Assembly: GCA_963783375.1 (NCBI GenBank)
Contig: CAWANH010000028.1
Span: 544,001-608,000 of the forward strand
Source of the DNA: Candidatus Eiseniibacteriota bacterium
GTDB taxonomy: Bacteria; Eisenbacteria; RBG-16-71-46; JABDJR01
Length of the DNA: 64,000 bases
Direction of reading: 5' to 3'
A program made the position numbers and the translations under genes. Below the pieces are notes generated by a model. The model was given only the letters and a program-made list of their open reading frames with translations. It was not told where the DNA came from and did no database searches. How positions within the stretch are numbered: the stretch's first letter is position 1; the number at the start of each line of letters is the position of its first letter. Shown here in pieces: positions 1 through 10,275 of this stretch.

Positions 1-42
1 GACCTCCCCGACCTCGGCCACCGTGAGCGCGGCGGCGGTCAT
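1..42 (-). CDS. 5' fragment of a gene running off the window, possibly thiamine-monophosphate kinase
   Basis: ATG at 42 reads MTAAALTVAEVGEV..., resembling the 'T(V/L)AE(L/V)GE' start of ThiL. Only 14 codons are visible. Confidence 0.3.
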   Translation of the reverse strand, partial: MTAAALTVAEVGEV

Positions 43-59
43 GATACGGTTGGGCGCGG

Positions 60-263
60 TCAGCGGGGGTTCAGCCGGACCAGGTATCCCGCGCCTTTCC
101 GGCTGATGACGATCTTGTCCTCGCGGGCGAGCCAGCCCACCCCCATCTGGATCATGGCGGGAGTCTGCTTGAGTTCCTTCTTGAGATCGTTCAGCGAGGC
201 CTCGCCGTGGCGATCGAGAAGGTGGAAGATGTCACCGGCGATGGAGCCGATCTGTCCGGTCAT
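60..263 (-). CDS. small winged helix-turn-helix protein (DUF2582-like)
   Basis: 67 aa with IGxxAGxI...L and GWLAREDKI motifs. AAGGAG RBS at 276-271. Confidence 0.85.
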   Translation of the reverse strand: MTGQIGSIAGDIFHLLDRHGEASLNDLKKELKQTPAMIQMGVGWLAREDKIVISRKGAGYLVRLNPR

Positions 264-335
264 GGCGTGTCTCCTTCAATTGAATGTTCCAAATGACCTC
301 TCGAGCCTACACCCATCCAGGGGGATGAGTTCAAG

Positions 336-2123
336 ATGAACACGATTGTACGGCGGCCCGGGCCTCTTCAACGAGCAAAATCGCAGCGTACCCCCCGGAT
401 GGACCAAATTCACCCGGAGAGGAGCCGATTCACCCCCCGGATGGAGCGGGTTCACCCGGAGAGGAGCCGATTCACCCCCCGGATGGAGCGGGTTCACCCG
501 GAGAGGAGCCGGTTTACCCCGCGAATGGACCCCGCTCACCCCGAAAGGCGTCCCGGCCACCGGATCGTCCGGCGGGTTGCGGTCGCGGTTCTATGGCTGG
601 TCCTGGGGCTCCTTCCCGGCCTCTCCGAGGCCTCGAACCGGATTACCATCCTTCACTTCAACGACTTCCACTCCCAGATCGAGCCCCGGGACGCGGGCCA
701 CGGCGCGCTCCGGGGGGGCGCCGCCTACCTGGCCGGCGCGGTCGACATCGTGCGGCGGGATACCCCCAACTCCCTCCTCCTCGATGCCGGGGACAACGTC
801 CAGGGAACCCCGTACTTCAACTTCTTCCGGGGCGAGGTGGAGGTCCGTCTCCTGAACCTGATGCAGGTCGACGCCACGGTCCTCGGAAACCACGAGTTCG
901 ACAACGGCTTCGCGGCGGCGGAAACGATGCTCGCCCCCGCCCGCCTCCCGGTTCTCTCCGCCAACGTCGTCGTCGCCGACAGCGCCGAAGCCGCCCGCCC
1001 GGAGCGCTCCTTCGACATGACGGCCGGCCTGGTGGAAACCCCGTCCGCCGGGGACCGGGCCGCCGGGCTTCCCGCCGGGGTCCACCGGCTAGCCCTTCCC
1101 TATGCGGTCTACGCGGTGGGGGGGGTGCGGATCGGGGTGGTGGGGGTCACCACCGCCGATCTGCCCCGGCTGGTCCTTCCCACCGTCAACCGAGGCCTCG
1201 CCGCGCTTCCCCCCGTCGAAGCAGTCCGCCCCTGGGTGGAGCGGATCCGCCCCCGGGTCGATCTCGTGGTGGTGCTCAGCCACTGCGGGCTCGAACCGGA
1301 CTCGCTCCTGGCCGTCGCGGTCCCCGGGATCGACATCATCGTCTCGGGGCACGATCACGTGGCCCTTCCCGAGCCGCGGCTCGTCCCCAACCGCAACCGG
1401 AACGGGATCGGCGGAACCCTGCTGGTGGAAGCGGGCTCCCGCGGCGATTTCCTGGGCCGGTTGGACCTGGAGATGGAAGGCCGGCGAATTCTCGACTTCC
1501 GGGGACGGCTCCTGCCGGTGGGTCCGGACCTTCCGCCCGATCCGGCGGCGGCGGAGATGATCGCGGGGTATCGCGAGCGACTGGGGGAGGAGATCGGGCA
1601 GGTGATCGCCACCGCCCCGCGCGGCCTCTCCGGGGAGGGGAGGTTCCGGCGGGCCACCCCCCTCGGCACGTTCATCGCCGAGGTGATGCGCGAGGCGGCG
1701 GGGGCGGACCTCGCGATCGAGAACAGCGGAGGCATCCGGGCCTCGATTCACCCCGGCCCGGTGACCCTGGGGGACGCCTACGCCGTGATTCCCTTCGAGA
1801 ACACCATCGTCCGCTGCACCCTGAAGGGATCCCAGGTACGCCGCCTCCTCGAGGACGCGGTGGCGCGCCGAAGCCGGGACGAGTATCCCCAGCTCGCCGG
1901 AGTGAGCTTCACCGAGGACAACGGAAGACCGGTGGGGATCGAGGTGGGCGGACTTCCGCTGCGTGAGGACGGAGCGTACCGGGTGGCCACGAACAACTAC
2001 GTCTTCGCCGGAGGAGACGACTTTCCGGAGTTCGACAAGGCGGAAAATGCGATGGATACCGGACTGAACCTGCGGGAAGTGTTCATCGAGGCGGTCAAGA
2101 AGCAGAAAATCCTTCTTCCCTAG
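336..2123 (+). CDS. 5'-nucleotidase / bifunctional UDP-sugar hydrolase, secreted (true start may be ~525)
   Basis: Metallophosphoesterase motifs HFNDFHS, DAGD, GNHEFD, LSH, SGHDH. C-terminal NSGGIR, PFEN and YRVATNNY..GGD domain. Signal peptide ends LSEAS. Confidence 0.92.
   Translation: MNTIVRRPGPLQRAKSQRTPRMDQIHPERSRFTPRMERVHPERSRFTPRMERVHPERSRFTPRMDPAHPERRPGHRIVRRVAVAVLWLVLGLLPGLSEASNRITILHFNDFHSQIEPRDAGHGALRGGAAYLAGAVDIVRRDTPNSLLLDAGDNVQGTPYFNFFRGEVEVRLLNLMQVDATVLGNHEFDNGFAAAETMLAPARLPVLSANVVVADSAEAARPERSFDMTAGLVETPSAGDRAAGLPAGVHRLALPYAVYAVGGVRIGVVGVTTADLPRLVLPTVNRGLAALPPVEAVRPWVERIRPRVDLVVVLSHCGLEPDSLLAVAVPGIDIIVSGHDHVALPEPRLVPNRNRNGIGGTLLVEAGSRGDFLGRLDLEMEGRRILDFRGRLLPVGPDLPPDPAAAEMIAGYRERLGEEIGQVIATAPRGLSGEGRFRRATPLGTFIAEVMREAAGADLAIENSGGIRASIHPGPVTLGDAYAVIPFENTIVRCTLKGSQVRRLLEDAVARRSRDEYPQLAGVSFTEDNGRPVGIEVGGLPLREDGAYRVATNNYVFAGGDDFPEFDKAENAMDTGLNLREVFIEAVKKQKILLP
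387..558. repeat. 42-bp tandem repeat (~4 copies) made of alternating 20/22-bp subunits
   Basis: Unit CCCCCCGGATGGAGCGGGTTCACCCGGAGAGGAGCCGATTCA, or variants of it, at 391, 433 and 475, degenerate at 517. TTCACC-like cores at 387, 409, 429, 451, 471, 493, 513, 535. Confidence 0.95.
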
Positions 2124-2178
2124 CCGATGGCCCCGGCTGATCGGTCCGTCGCCCCTCGACTTCGCAAATTTTTTACAA

Positions 2179-2212
2179 TTAGCTGGTTACTTCGTAACCG
2201 GCCAACTATAAT
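2179..2212 (+). promoter_or_regulatory. palindromic site followed by a TATAAT -10 box
   Basis: TTAGCTGGTTAC-TTC-GTAACCGGCCAA imperfect inverted repeat (2179-2205), then TATAAT at 2207-2212, in an AT-rich intergenic patch. Confidence 0.55.
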
Positions 2213-2356
2213 GCATGGGTCGAGGTTTCGCGGGGAGTCACCCTCCTGTGAGGTTCATCTCACAGTCCATTCGCCCCCCGAAGCCACCGGCCCGGCTCCT
2301 CCCCGCGGGCCACCGCCCGGAACATCCGCGGTCCACCGATGCCTTGGGGGTTCGTC

Positions 2357-4633
2357 ATGCCTGCGTCGCCTCCCGCACGCTCTGCGTCCCGTCGTCTGCT
2401 GCTGCTTCTTCTTCTCACCGTCGCGGGGCTGGTCCTCCTCGCCGCATCCGCCCCGGCCGGGGTCACCGACCAGACCATGGGGGCCGGGGGAGCCTGGCTG
2501 GATCTGGACGGAGACGGGTTCCTGGACCTGGTTTACCTGACTCCGGATGGGCACATCACCGTGCTTCGCTACAATCCGGCCCAGGATGCCTTCGAGAACC
2601 GCAGCACGGCCGCCGTTCCCGCGCTCATCCGCTCCGGCGACGACCCCATGGAGGGTTTGAGCGCCGGGGACGTCAACAACGACGGTTTCGACGACCTCTT
2701 CCTCACCTGCAACGGCCCCAACTACCTCCTGATCAACAACGGCGACGGCACGTTCCGGGTCCTCAGCCGTTCCGCGGGAATCCTGGGAGGGATGACCCCC
2801 ACCGGAGACGGGCACTGGATTCAGGGAGAGGGCCTCTCCGCCAGCTCCGCGATGTTCGACTACGACAACGACGGCCTCCTCGACATCTACGTGACCAACT
2901 ACGGCGACTACTACCTGGGCGGCTCCGCGAACCAGCTCTTCCACAATGTGGGGGTGGATGAACAGGGGAACCCGCACTTCCAGGACGTGGCTCCCGCCCT
3001 TCACATGGACCTGGCCTCCCAGGGGGAGAGCGACTGGTCGCTGGGGCTGGCCGCCGGGGACTACGACAACGACGGGGACATGGATCTCTACGTGGGGAAC
3101 GACTTCAACGGGCCGGACTGGAGCGGGTATCTGAACCCCGGGTTCAACATCCTCTACCGGAACGAGGGCGACGGCACCTTCACCGATGTCTCCTACACCG
3201 CCGGAGCCACCGATACCAGCTGGACGATGGGGGTGACCTTCGGGGACTTCAACGAGGACGGCTACCTCGACATCTTCAGCGCCAACTACTGGGACGACCG
3301 GATGTACCGGAACAACGGGGACGGGACCTTCACCGACGTGGCCGCGAACATGGGGCTGGTGGCCGCCGACCCCCGGAGGGAGAACGGCTGGGGGAACGCG
3401 TTCATCGACATCGACAACGACGGCGACCTGGACCTCCACGTGGCCAACGGCTTCATCCCCAACGACCTGGGCTTGAGCCCCGGCCAACCCAACCAGCTCT
3501 GGGAGAACCTGGGGCCGAGCGGGTCGACCCCGTACCACTTCCACGAGATCGGCCACGGGGCGGGAATCGACGACGACGGCGACGCGCGCGGAGCGGTCTA
3601 CGGGGACTTCAACCGCGACGGGTTCATCGATTTCCTGATGATCAACAACAGCTTCGTGAGCGGGCCCGAGACCGACACCGCTCCCCTCCGCATCCTCTAC
3701 GTCAACCAGAAGAACGGGACCTTCTGGGATCGGACGGTGCACTACGGACTGCGGACCTCGCCCCCCGACGTGCCCGCCCCCGCTCCCCGGGGGGATTTCA
3801 GCGGAAACCACTGGGTCCAGTTCGCGCTCCGCGGCACCAAGTCCAACCGCAGCGCCATCGGCGCCCGGGTCACGGTGAAGGCTGGAGACCGGACCTGGAT
3901 GCGGGAACTGGGACAATCGTCCTACTGCTCCCAGAATTCCCCTTACCTTCACTTCGGCCTCGGCCAACACGCCGTCCTCGACGAGGCCACGGTGCGCTTC
4001 CCCAGCGGCAAGGTCGTGCATCTGGCTCCGGAGGACCGGGGGGTGGACCAGGTGATCACCGTGGTGGAGCCCGACGAGACCCCGGTGGGCATCCTCTCCT
4101 TCGGCATCACCTCCGATCCGGAGGGGGCGCGGATCCGTTGGCGGTACCGCGACGACGGCGACCTGGCCGCCTTCTCCCTGTATCGCAACGAGGCGGGGAC
4201 CGAGATTCCGGTGGCCACGCACATCCGCACCGAGAACGGGGCCGGGGAGTTCCTGGACCGGGAGGCGCCGGTGGACCGGAACGTGGTCTACACCCTGGAG
4301 GCCGCCTATCGGGACGGAAGCCGCGAACAGCTCCGGAGCCAGGCCTTCCGCTTCCATCCCCCGGAGCTGACCGTCCTCCGGCAGAACTTCCCCAACCCCT
4401 TCACTTCGGCCACCACCATTCCGCTCCTGGCGCCGCGAGGCGGGGCGGTGACCGTCGACATCTTCGACGTCTCGGGCCGCCGGGTTCGACGCCTGGAGAG
4501 CGCCGTGGCCGGGGGGGAAGGTTCGGTGGCCTGGGACGGAACCGACGGCGGCGGGAAGGAGGTTCCCTCGGGAATCTACTTCTACCGCGTGGAGGGCGCC
4601 TCGAAGACTCTCAAGATGATCCGCCGGCGCTGA
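2357..4633 (+). CDS. secreted FG-GAP repeat / ASPIC-UnbV (CRTAC1-like) protein with C-terminal FlgD-Ig domain
   Basis: Signal peptide, repeated DxDxDGxxDL motifs, SNRSAIGARV...HFGLG (ASPIC/UnbV), and tail QNFPNPF...IFDVSGRRVR...WDGTD..G..VPSGIYFYR. Confidence 0.9.
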   Translation: MPASPPARSASRRLLLLLLLTVAGLVLLAASAPAGVTDQTMGAGGAWLDLDGDGFLDLVYLTPDGHITVLRYNPAQDAFENRSTAAVPALIRSGDDPMEGLSAGDVNNDGFDDLFLTCNGPNYLLINNGDGTFRVLSRSAGILGGMTPTGDGHWIQGEGLSASSAMFDYDNDGLLDIYVTNYGDYYLGGSANQLFHNVGVDEQGNPHFQDVAPALHMDLASQGESDWSLGLAAGDYDNDGDMDLYVGNDFNGPDWSGYLNPGFNILYRNEGDGTFTDVSYTAGATDTSWTMGVTFGDFNEDGYLDIFSANYWDDRMYRNNGDGTFTDVAANMGLVAADPRRENGWGNAFIDIDNDGDLDLHVANGFIPNDLGLSPGQPNQLWENLGPSGSTPYHFHEIGHGAGIDDDGDARGAVYGDFNRDGFIDFLMINNSFVSGPETDTAPLRILYVNQKNGTFWDRTVHYGLRTSPPDVPAPAPRGDFSGNHWVQFALRGTKSNRSAIGARVTVKAGDRTWMRELGQSSYCSQNSPYLHFGLGQHAVLDEATVRFPSGKVVHLAPEDRGVDQVITVVEPDETPVGILSFGITSDPEGARIRWRYRDDGDLAAFSLYRNEAGTEIPVATHIRTENGAGEFLDREAPVDRNVVYTLEAAYRDGSREQLRSQAFRFHPPELTVLRQNFPNPFTSATTIPLLAPRGGAVTVDIFDVSGRRVRRLESAVAGGEGSVAWDGTDGGGKEVPSGIYFYRVEGASKTLKMIRRR

Positions 4634-4669
4634 CCCGGCCGCGGGCCCGGGCGGCGTTCGCCCGGGAGG

Positions 4670-7600
4670 TCAGCGACCGAGGCGGACGAGCTTCCGCACC
4701 CGGGTGCGTCCACCCGCCTCCAGGCGATAGAAGTAGACCCCGGGAGGGGTCGCCCGGCCCCGGTCGTCTTCACCGTCCCACCCCGCGATCTGGGTTCCCG
4801 CCTCCATCCGCCGATCGATGAGAGTTCGTACCCTCCGCCCGGACAGATCGAAGATTTCCACCCGGACGTCCGTGGCCACGGAAAGCTTGAACGCCACCCC
4901 GGTGGCCCCGACGAAGGGGTTGGGGGTGGGGGCGTTGAGGACCACTGAAAATGTCGGCGTCACCGGCGGCGGGAGGACCGGCGTGCTCGGGTCCTCGGTG
5001 ATCCTGAGGACGGTGTCAAGAGCGGGATTCAGCACCACGCTGCGAGCGGTGGACGGCCAGAACACCGTCACCGAATCCACCGTGGCTCCGTCGGGAAACC
5101 CGAAGAGCTCGGGAAGGCGACTCTTCGAGGCCCACCCGGTTCCGGAGCCGACCTCCCTCGTCTGGACCAGGCTCCCCGAGTGGACCTCGATCCGGGCTCC
5201 GATCCCGTCCCGATTGGAGAGAACGCCCTGAAGCACGACCTCCATCCAGGGGCGGGGGGAGGAGCCGTCGTTCAGGGCGTTCCGGTACAGGAGGTTGGGC
5301 ATCCCCGATCCCCGGGTCACGTAGAGATCGGGATCACCGTCCAGGTCCACGTCGGCCCATCCGCATCCATAGTCCGGTCCCGGATCGGGATTGGGCACCC
5401 CGGCTCCCGACGTCCGGAGCATGGTCGAGCCCAGGTTCTGGAACAGGATGTTGGGGCTGACGAGGTTCACCACGAACAGGTCGAGGTCTCCGTCCAGGTC
5501 TACGTCAGCCAGGGCGGCCCCCACCGCGGTGCCGGGGTCGTTGACCCCCCAGGCCGCACCGGCTTCCTCGAAGGTGCCGTCGCCGCGGTTCAGGTAGAGG
5601 GCGTCGGCTCCGGAGGACGCGACGAAGAGATCCACCCATCCGTCGCCGTTCAGATCCCCCCAGACTGCGCCGTGGGCGGGAGTGGTCGAGGCGATCCCGG
5701 CGGCCCCGGTCACGTCCTCGAACCGGTTCCCCCCCAGATTTCGGTAGAGGGAGTGATAGGGGGCGCCTAGCCGGGCGATGAACAGATCCGGCATCCGGTC
5801 CCGGTCGTAGTCCGCCCAGGCGCAACCGTAGGCGTCGGCTCCATCGGCGGGGAAGACGAAGCCGGCCTGGGGGGCGACGTCGGTGAACGTCCCGTCGCCG
5901 TTGTTGTGCCAGAGGGCCGAGGGACCGTCACGCCGGAGGACAAAGAGGTCCAGGCGGCCGTCTCCGTCCGCGTCCACCCAGGCCGCGTCGAACTCCCTCC
6001 CGATGTCGAGCACCCCCGAGACCGCGCTGACGTCGGTGAAGTGGGCGTTTCCGTCGTTCCGGAAGAGCCCGTGATCGGTCACGAAGAGATCGGGACGGCC
6101 GTCGTTGTCGTAGTCGCCCCAGGCCGCTCCCACCCCGCCCTCGGGGTTTCCGAATCCCGCGGAAGTCGTGGCGTCGGAGAAGGTCCCGTTGCCGCCGTTC
6201 CGGTAGAAGGCGTCCTTCTCGGCGCCCGGTACGGCGGTGTTGTTCACCACGTAGAGATCGGGATACCCGTCCCCGTCGGCGTCGGCGAAGGCCAGGCCCA
6301 CCCCGTAGCCGGTGTTGGCCACCCCCGCCTCGGCAGCGGTCGAGATCAACGAAATCGGCTCGGGAACCGCGCCCAGGGCCCGGATATCGTAGGAGCCGTA
6401 GTGAACCTGGGCGGCATAGCCGCCCGATGCCCGCGACACCTTCACGGTGTAGGTCCCCGATGAAGGGGCGGTGAAGGCGACCAGGGAAGAGAGATCCCCG
6501 GCCGCGCGGTTGTCGTTCGAGGCGATCAAGGCCTGGCCCGGGTCGTAGACGTCGAGCCGGGTATCCCCGTAGCTCAGGATGTTCAGGGTTTCCACCGAAA
6601 CCTCGTCGCCCCCGGTGAGATGCATGTCGTGATAGTCCACGTCTCCGGCGGGGTAGAAGGTGTGATGGACGGGGGTTCCGTCGAGATCCAGGGGGGTGGC
6701 CAGCGCGGGGGTGTCGTCCCCTTCCAGCGTGTCCGGATGGAACTCCGCTCCCAGGGCGTCGAAGGTGACTTCCATTTCCGGTTGGTGACCCAGCGCCAGA
6801 GCGGGGGCGAACCAGGAGTCCCAGAAGCTCTCCAGGGTCACCCAGGGACCGGCGGAGGACCAGCTCGAGACCACCGACCAGGTGAGCGAGCGGGAGAGAT
6901 GGAGGGGATCGTCGTCGGTTCCCGGCCAGAGATCCGGAGTGGCCGGTCCGTCCTCGATGTCCCACAGGGCGGCCTGGACCACCACCTCGCTCCCGGTCCC
7001 CTTGAGGGGGAAGCTCGGCCCCTCGCACTCGTAGGAGAAGCTGAGCTGGCCGGCTCCGGACTGGTCGGTCATGTCCACGTACCAGCTCGGGTAGGGGTCC
7101 CCGGCCCGCGCCCGTGCCGCGGCCTGGAAGTAGGAGGCCCATCCCTCGTTCCAGGAGAGAATGGGGGGCTGGTTTCCGTCGTCGATGTAGTGAGTGCCTC
7201 CGGCGGGATTGAGCTTGGAATAGAGATCGGCGATGTAGTGCCCGTACTCGTGGATGATCACGCAGTCGTCATAGCCTTCCTCGTCGGGGCTCGACGGATT
7301 CGCGCCTCCGTAGAGCTGAATGCTCCAGCCCGAGTAGAAGGTGCCCTGATTGCCGGAGTCGGTATTCCAGTACACGCTCACCGGATGGGCCGGCCAGGCG
7401 CCGGTCAGGGATCGCACCAGATCGGCTCCGACCAGGCAGTTGTCCAGGACGTTGAAGGCCTCGCCTCCTGAACCGGGCTCGGCGATGAAGTCGCCGAGAT
7501 CGGTGCTCTCTCCGGGTTTGGACAGGGGGGAAGCGGCGCTGTAGAGGGTGGGCTGGGCGGAACTCCGCTTCACCCGGATGTCGGTTCCCCCCCACCCGTC

Positions 7601-8386
7601 GGTGGAGCTCAGGGCCCGGACCTGGTAGACGTCGCCGGCAACTCCGTTGTAGGCGAAGGCGAACGCACCGGTGGTGTCGGTGGAGCTGGAGCTCTTGTAC
7701 ACCCCGTTGACGAGCAGTTCCACGTTCGCGTGGCGGACGGGCCGGAGGGGATCGTCCCCGCTGTCGGCATTCAGGAAGCCGTTGGGTCCGAAGACCCGGT
7801 CCCGATAGAAGAAGCGCCCGGTGACGGTGACGGGAAGCGCGCCGGGGGTGGAGGTCGCCGATCGTGCCCCGATCGGGGCCCGGGCCGCGGCGGGAAACTC
7901 CAGCAGGTCTCCCCGCGGGGTGCTCACCATCCGTCCCCCGTGGGCGGCGGGGCTGTCATCCCGCGGGGGACTCAGATCCAGCCAGGCCCCGGTCCGGTAC
8001 CCGCCCTCGCCGCCCTCCACGGCGATCCGGGCCTCGATGGGTGGCGTGGTCCCCGAGGGCGTCCGGACCCGGAGCGGAAAGACGAGGGTCTCGCCCGGCT
8101 CCACGGGTCCGTCGTAGACGGGCAGGGGACCGGCGGTTTCCAGCCCCGCGGGGACGAGGGTCTCCAATCGGAGCCGCTCCACCGGGAACCGGGAATCCAC
8201 CAGAAGCCGGGCGTCGGTGAACGATCCGGGGGTGGAGACCCCGTCGAACACCCAGCGCGCCTCCACCCCGGTCCGGGGTTTCCCGTCGGAAAGCGCGCCG
8301 CGGGACCTCGCCGCTCCCACCGCGAGAGCGGCCAGGAGCAGAACCAGGAACGGGATCAACCGTCGGGGCCGGGGTATCGAAGCCAT
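4670..8386 (-). CDS. secreted zincin metallopeptidase + PPC-like + FG-GAP/ASPIC-UnbV + FlgD-Ig multidomain protein
   Basis: Signal peptide, IIHEYGH with downstream WNEGWA, GDVDY..DTRL..NDN (PPC-like), FG-GAP repeats, SNRDGIGARI, and a PNPF...WDGED...PGVYFYRL tail. Confidence 0.85.
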   Translation of the reverse strand: MASIPRPRRLIPFLVLLLAALAVGAARSRGALSDGKPRTGVEARWVFDGVSTPGSFTDARLLVDSRFPVERLRLETLVPAGLETAGPLPVYDGPVEPGETLVFPLRVRTPSGTTPPIEARIAVEGGEGGYRTGAWLDLSPPRDDSPAAHGGRMVSTPRGDLLEFPAAARAPIGARSATSTPGALPVTVTGRFFYRDRVFGPNGFLNADSGDDPLRPVRHANVELLVNGVYKSSSSTDTTGAFAFAYNGVAGDVYQVRALSSTDGWGGTDIRVKRSSAQPTLYSAASPLSKPGESTDLGDFIAEPGSGGEAFNVLDNCLVGADLVRSLTGAWPAHPVSVYWNTDSGNQGTFYSGWSIQLYGGANPSSPDEEGYDDCVIIHEYGHYIADLYSKLNPAGGTHYIDDGNQPPILSWNEGWASYFQAAARARAGDPYPSWYVDMTDQSGAGQLSFSYECEGPSFPLKGTGSEVVVQAALWDIEDGPATPDLWPGTDDDPLHLSRSLTWSVVSSWSSAGPWVTLESFWDSWFAPALALGHQPEMEVTFDALGAEFHPDTLEGDDTPALATPLDLDGTPVHHTFYPAGDVDYHDMHLTGGDEVSVETLNILSYGDTRLDVYDPGQALIASNDNRAAGDLSSLVAFTAPSSGTYTVKVSRASGGYAAQVHYGSYDIRALGAVPEPISLISTAAEAGVANTGYGVGLAFADADGDGYPDLYVVNNTAVPGAEKDAFYRNGGNGTFSDATTSAGFGNPEGGVGAAWGDYDNDGRPDLFVTDHGLFRNDGNAHFTDVSAVSGVLDIGREFDAAWVDADGDGRLDLFVLRRDGPSALWHNNGDGTFTDVAPQAGFVFPADGADAYGCAWADYDRDRMPDLFIARLGAPYHSLYRNLGGNRFEDVTGAAGIASTTPAHGAVWGDLNGDGWVDLFVASSGADALYLNRGDGTFEEAGAAWGVNDPGTAVGAALADVDLDGDLDLFVVNLVSPNILFQNLGSTMLRTSGAGVPNPDPGPDYGCGWADVDLDGDPDLYVTRGSGMPNLLYRNALNDGSSPRPWMEVVLQGVLSNRDGIGARIEVHSGSLVQTREVGSGTGWASKSRLPELFGFPDGATVDSVTVFWPSTARSVVLNPALDTVLRITEDPSTPVLPPPVTPTFSVVLNAPTPNPFVGATGVAFKLSVATDVRVEIFDLSGRRVRTLIDRRMEAGTQIAGWDGEDDRGRATPPGVYFYRLEAGGRTRVRKLVRLGR

Positions 8387-8620
8387 CGAGCGGACCTTCG
8401 AGAGAGTCAGGGATGCAACCCGGGCCGTTCACGAGCGCGCTTCGCGGTCCCACCACGGGGTTCATGAATCATCCGGGTCAGGGGGGAAGCGTCCATGATT
8501 CTACCTGCTCGACGGGGCCGGGTAAACGTCCCGGGTGCCCCGGGCCGGAAGCTCGCGCGGGATGGAGAGGAGGAAGCGGTCCGGCGGGTTCGGGCGCCGA
8601 GGTTCGGGGAGCGCTCCCGA

Positions 8621-9861
8621 TCAGGGAATCCGGACCAGCCGGGTTCCCCCCGCGGCTCGCCCATCCTGGACCAGCTTGACGAAGAAGACCCCCGCCCCCA
8701 CGTCCCGCCCCTCGGAATCCCGGCCGTCCCAACGGATCCGATGGACCCCGGGTGAAAGAACGCCCGGCGCCAGCTCGCGCACCTCGCGGCCAGAGGCGTC
8801 CACCACCAGCGCGCGCACCGTCACTCCTTCGGGCTGGTCGGTTCCCACCGTGAAGCTCAGCTCCACGCCGCTGGCCGTGGGGTTGGGGAATGCCCGGAGC
8901 GGCCGGAGATCCGCTCCCGGTCCCCCGTCTCCCGGCACGGCGACGACCGGATACTGGTAGATGTGGACCACGTCATCCTCGGCGTCGGTCACGTAGAGGC
9001 TCACCCCGGAGCCGGTACCGGTGGCCAAGCCGGCGGGCCTGGCCAGGAACTGGCCCGGAGCGGCGGCGTTCCACTGGCTGAGAAAGGTTCCGTCGGTCTT
9101 GAACTTCTGGATCCGACCGTTTCCGGTATCGGCGATGTAGATGGTCTGGTTCAGGTCCATGGTGATGCCCTCCATGGATCCGAACTGACCCGGGCCGGTT
9201 CCGAAGCTTCCCCAGGTCGATCGGAAGCCTCCCTGGCGGTTGAACTCGACCACGCGGCTGTTGCAGTTGTCGCACACGAAGATCCCCGAACCCGTGGCCA
9301 GAAGCGCGGTCGGACAGCGGAGCTCCCCCGCCGTCCCCGCCCCGGTCCAGCCGTACAGGTACTGGCCTTCGAAATCGAAGACCTGGATCCGGTTGTTGCC
9401 GTTGTCGGCGACGAACAGCCGGCCCAGACCGGCGGTCGAGATCCCCCACGGGAAACTGAACTCCCCCGCCTGGCTCCCCGGGGTCCCCCAGGTCAGAAGC
9501 AGCGCGCCGGTGCCCGAGAACTTCATCACCCGGTGGTTGTTGGAGTCGCACACGAACACCGTGCTGTCGTTCGCGGCCACGATGCCGTGAGGGTTGAAGA
9601 GCCCCCCCACTTTCCCAGGTACGTGCCGCCGGGACTGAAGTACTCAACGCGGTCGTTCTGGGAGTCCACCACGTAGACCGTTCCATTGGGGGCGACCGAC
9701 ACCGCCGAGGGCCCGTAGAAATAGCCGTTGCCCGCGCCCAGCCCGCAGCAGTCGTACCCTCCCCAGCTCGTCTGCCAGTCGGGAGGAGAATCCGCCCAGG
9801 AGTTTGGGGCCAATCCCCCGATCAACCCCGCCAGGAGCAATGCCGCGCCGAACTGTTTCAT
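8621..9861 (-). CDS. secreted NHL-repeat 6-bladed beta-propeller with FlgD-Ig domain; frameshifted at G7 run 9602-9608
   Basis: The N-part (MKQFGAALLL...YVVDSQNDRVEYF..GKWGG) and C-part (LFNPHGI...FVADNGNNRIQVF...FPNP...WDGRD) are in different frames. One extra G joins them. Confidence 0.85.
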
Positions 9862-10035
9862 GGGTATCCTCATCTCCTCGCGACCGGCGCCCGTCCGGGC
9901 CGGACCCTCATAAACATAACCCGTTGAATGAATTACCGGCGCGATCCGGAATGCTCCAGTTCCCTGCGCCGGGTTCGGTCGGTCCCCTGGAAATCGGTCC
10001 CACGCGGGCGCCGGGGGACCGTGCCCCCATTGTAG

Positions 10036-10051
10036 AGCCAGAAACATGCCA
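10036..10051 (-). promoter_or_regulatory. possible sigma54 (-24/-12) promoter for the NHL gene
   Basis: Minus strand reads TGGCATGTTTCTGGCT, i.e. GG-N10-GC. Confidence 0.35.
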
Positions 10052-10275
10052 TGGGCTCCGGCACGGCCCGCCGAGGCCTCGGCGATGGGAGCGCGACCGC
10101 CGGAAATTGACACCGAGTCGCTCCATCCGTTTCATTTCGAATCAAATCCTGCCATTTGGGCAAGCGAATTGCGCTCTTTCAATATCGTGTGCCAAAATAG
10201 AACAGCATCTTGCGCTTGTCTAAACCGCCCAATTGCTGTAGATTAGATCCCCTGATCGGTCGCGTGTTTAGCACG

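Noticed and set aside
387-558. CRISPR array
   Set aside because: The units are contiguous tandem copies with no unique spacers, and there are no cas genes.
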